A stretch of 64,000 nucleotides of DNA from Octopus bimaculoides (taxonomy: Eukaryota), in NCBI RefSeq assembly GCF_001194135.2, contig NC_068995.1, positions 1,964,878 through 2,028,877 on the forward strand. Direction: 5' to 3'. Below are positions 63,377 to 64,000 of this stretch, piece after piece. Both the position numbers and the translations under genes were made by a program. The notes beneath the pieces are model-generated. The model was given only the letters and a program-made list of their open reading frames with translations, ran no database searches and was not told the DNA's origin. Position 1 is the first letter of the stretch; each line of letters starts with the position of its first letter.

Positions 63377-63442
63377 AGTTTCGAAAAAAAAAAAAGTATT
63401 TATTATGATGGTAGCGGGAGTCTATAATGAGCGAGAGAGAGA

Positions 63443-63480
<38 letters not shown>

Positions 63481-64000
63481 GAGGGAGGGCGGGTACAAGA
63501 ATCACGATGAATGAAATGGGTAGAAAGACACAATAATGACAAGAATAACAACTGTTACGACAACCTCACAACAACGAATAGTAACAACGACAGTAACAAT
63601 CACAACAACAATAATAATAAGCAGAGTAAGAGCAACAACAACAACATCGTTCTGGGGACCAACATTGGTGGTTGAGCCAATGGTTTCCTATCAGATATGA
63701 TACTGTCATCGTTTCATGTTGTAGCGTCTGGACATTGACTGGACACTAAGGTCCTTAAGCTTTCTGCTATTCCAGACACGTTTGAAGAATGGTACGACAC
63801 GTCGCCACAACCCCCGCCTTCGTCGGACTGTTGAAATTATCATCATCACCACTAACACTACCACAACCATCAATACCATCGCCGTTATTCCTCATCATTA
63901 CCACCACCACCACCACCACCACTACCACCACCACCACCACCACCACCACCATCACCATCACCATCACCACCACATTTACCACCACCATCACCAACACCAT

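Noticed and set aside
63770-63820. ttccag|AC ACG TTT... (DTFEEWYDTSPQPPPSSDC*) as a terminal exon
   Set aside because: Short, unrecognised, and runs into a (CAC)n tract; there is not enough support.

Overview
Eukaryotic, AT-rich, repeat-saturated scaffold segment. It is most likely an octopus (coleoid cephalopod) genome, judged from my recognition of the SINE families and the extreme microsatellite load; this is not database-confirmed. There are 13 N-gaps, most abutting (AT)n/(CA)n tracts. No protein-coding gene could be identified. Almost all six-frame ORFs are microsatellite or N-gap artefacts. The recognisable coding remnants are transposon-derived: an internally deleted DD37D (maT) transposase, mariner N-termini, and Penelope, RTE, CR1-like and Tx1/L1-like LINE fragments. 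About 30 copies or fragments of three tRNA-headed SINE families (here called A, B, C) are present. The best non-routine signals are: (i) a compact cis-regulatory-looking module at 62.0-62.2 kb with a PAR-bZIP palindrome, phased CRE cores including a perfect C-MARE, and three TAATCC K50-homeodomain sites, plus a second CRE pair at 63.35 kb; (ii) a 322-bp MITE with Merlin-like GGTAC termini and an 8-bp TSD nested in a SINE; (iii) two near-perfect long hairpins; (iv) Penelope-type inverted structures; and (v) one frame-preserving candidate exon. I found no convincing evidence of a wholly new biological system.
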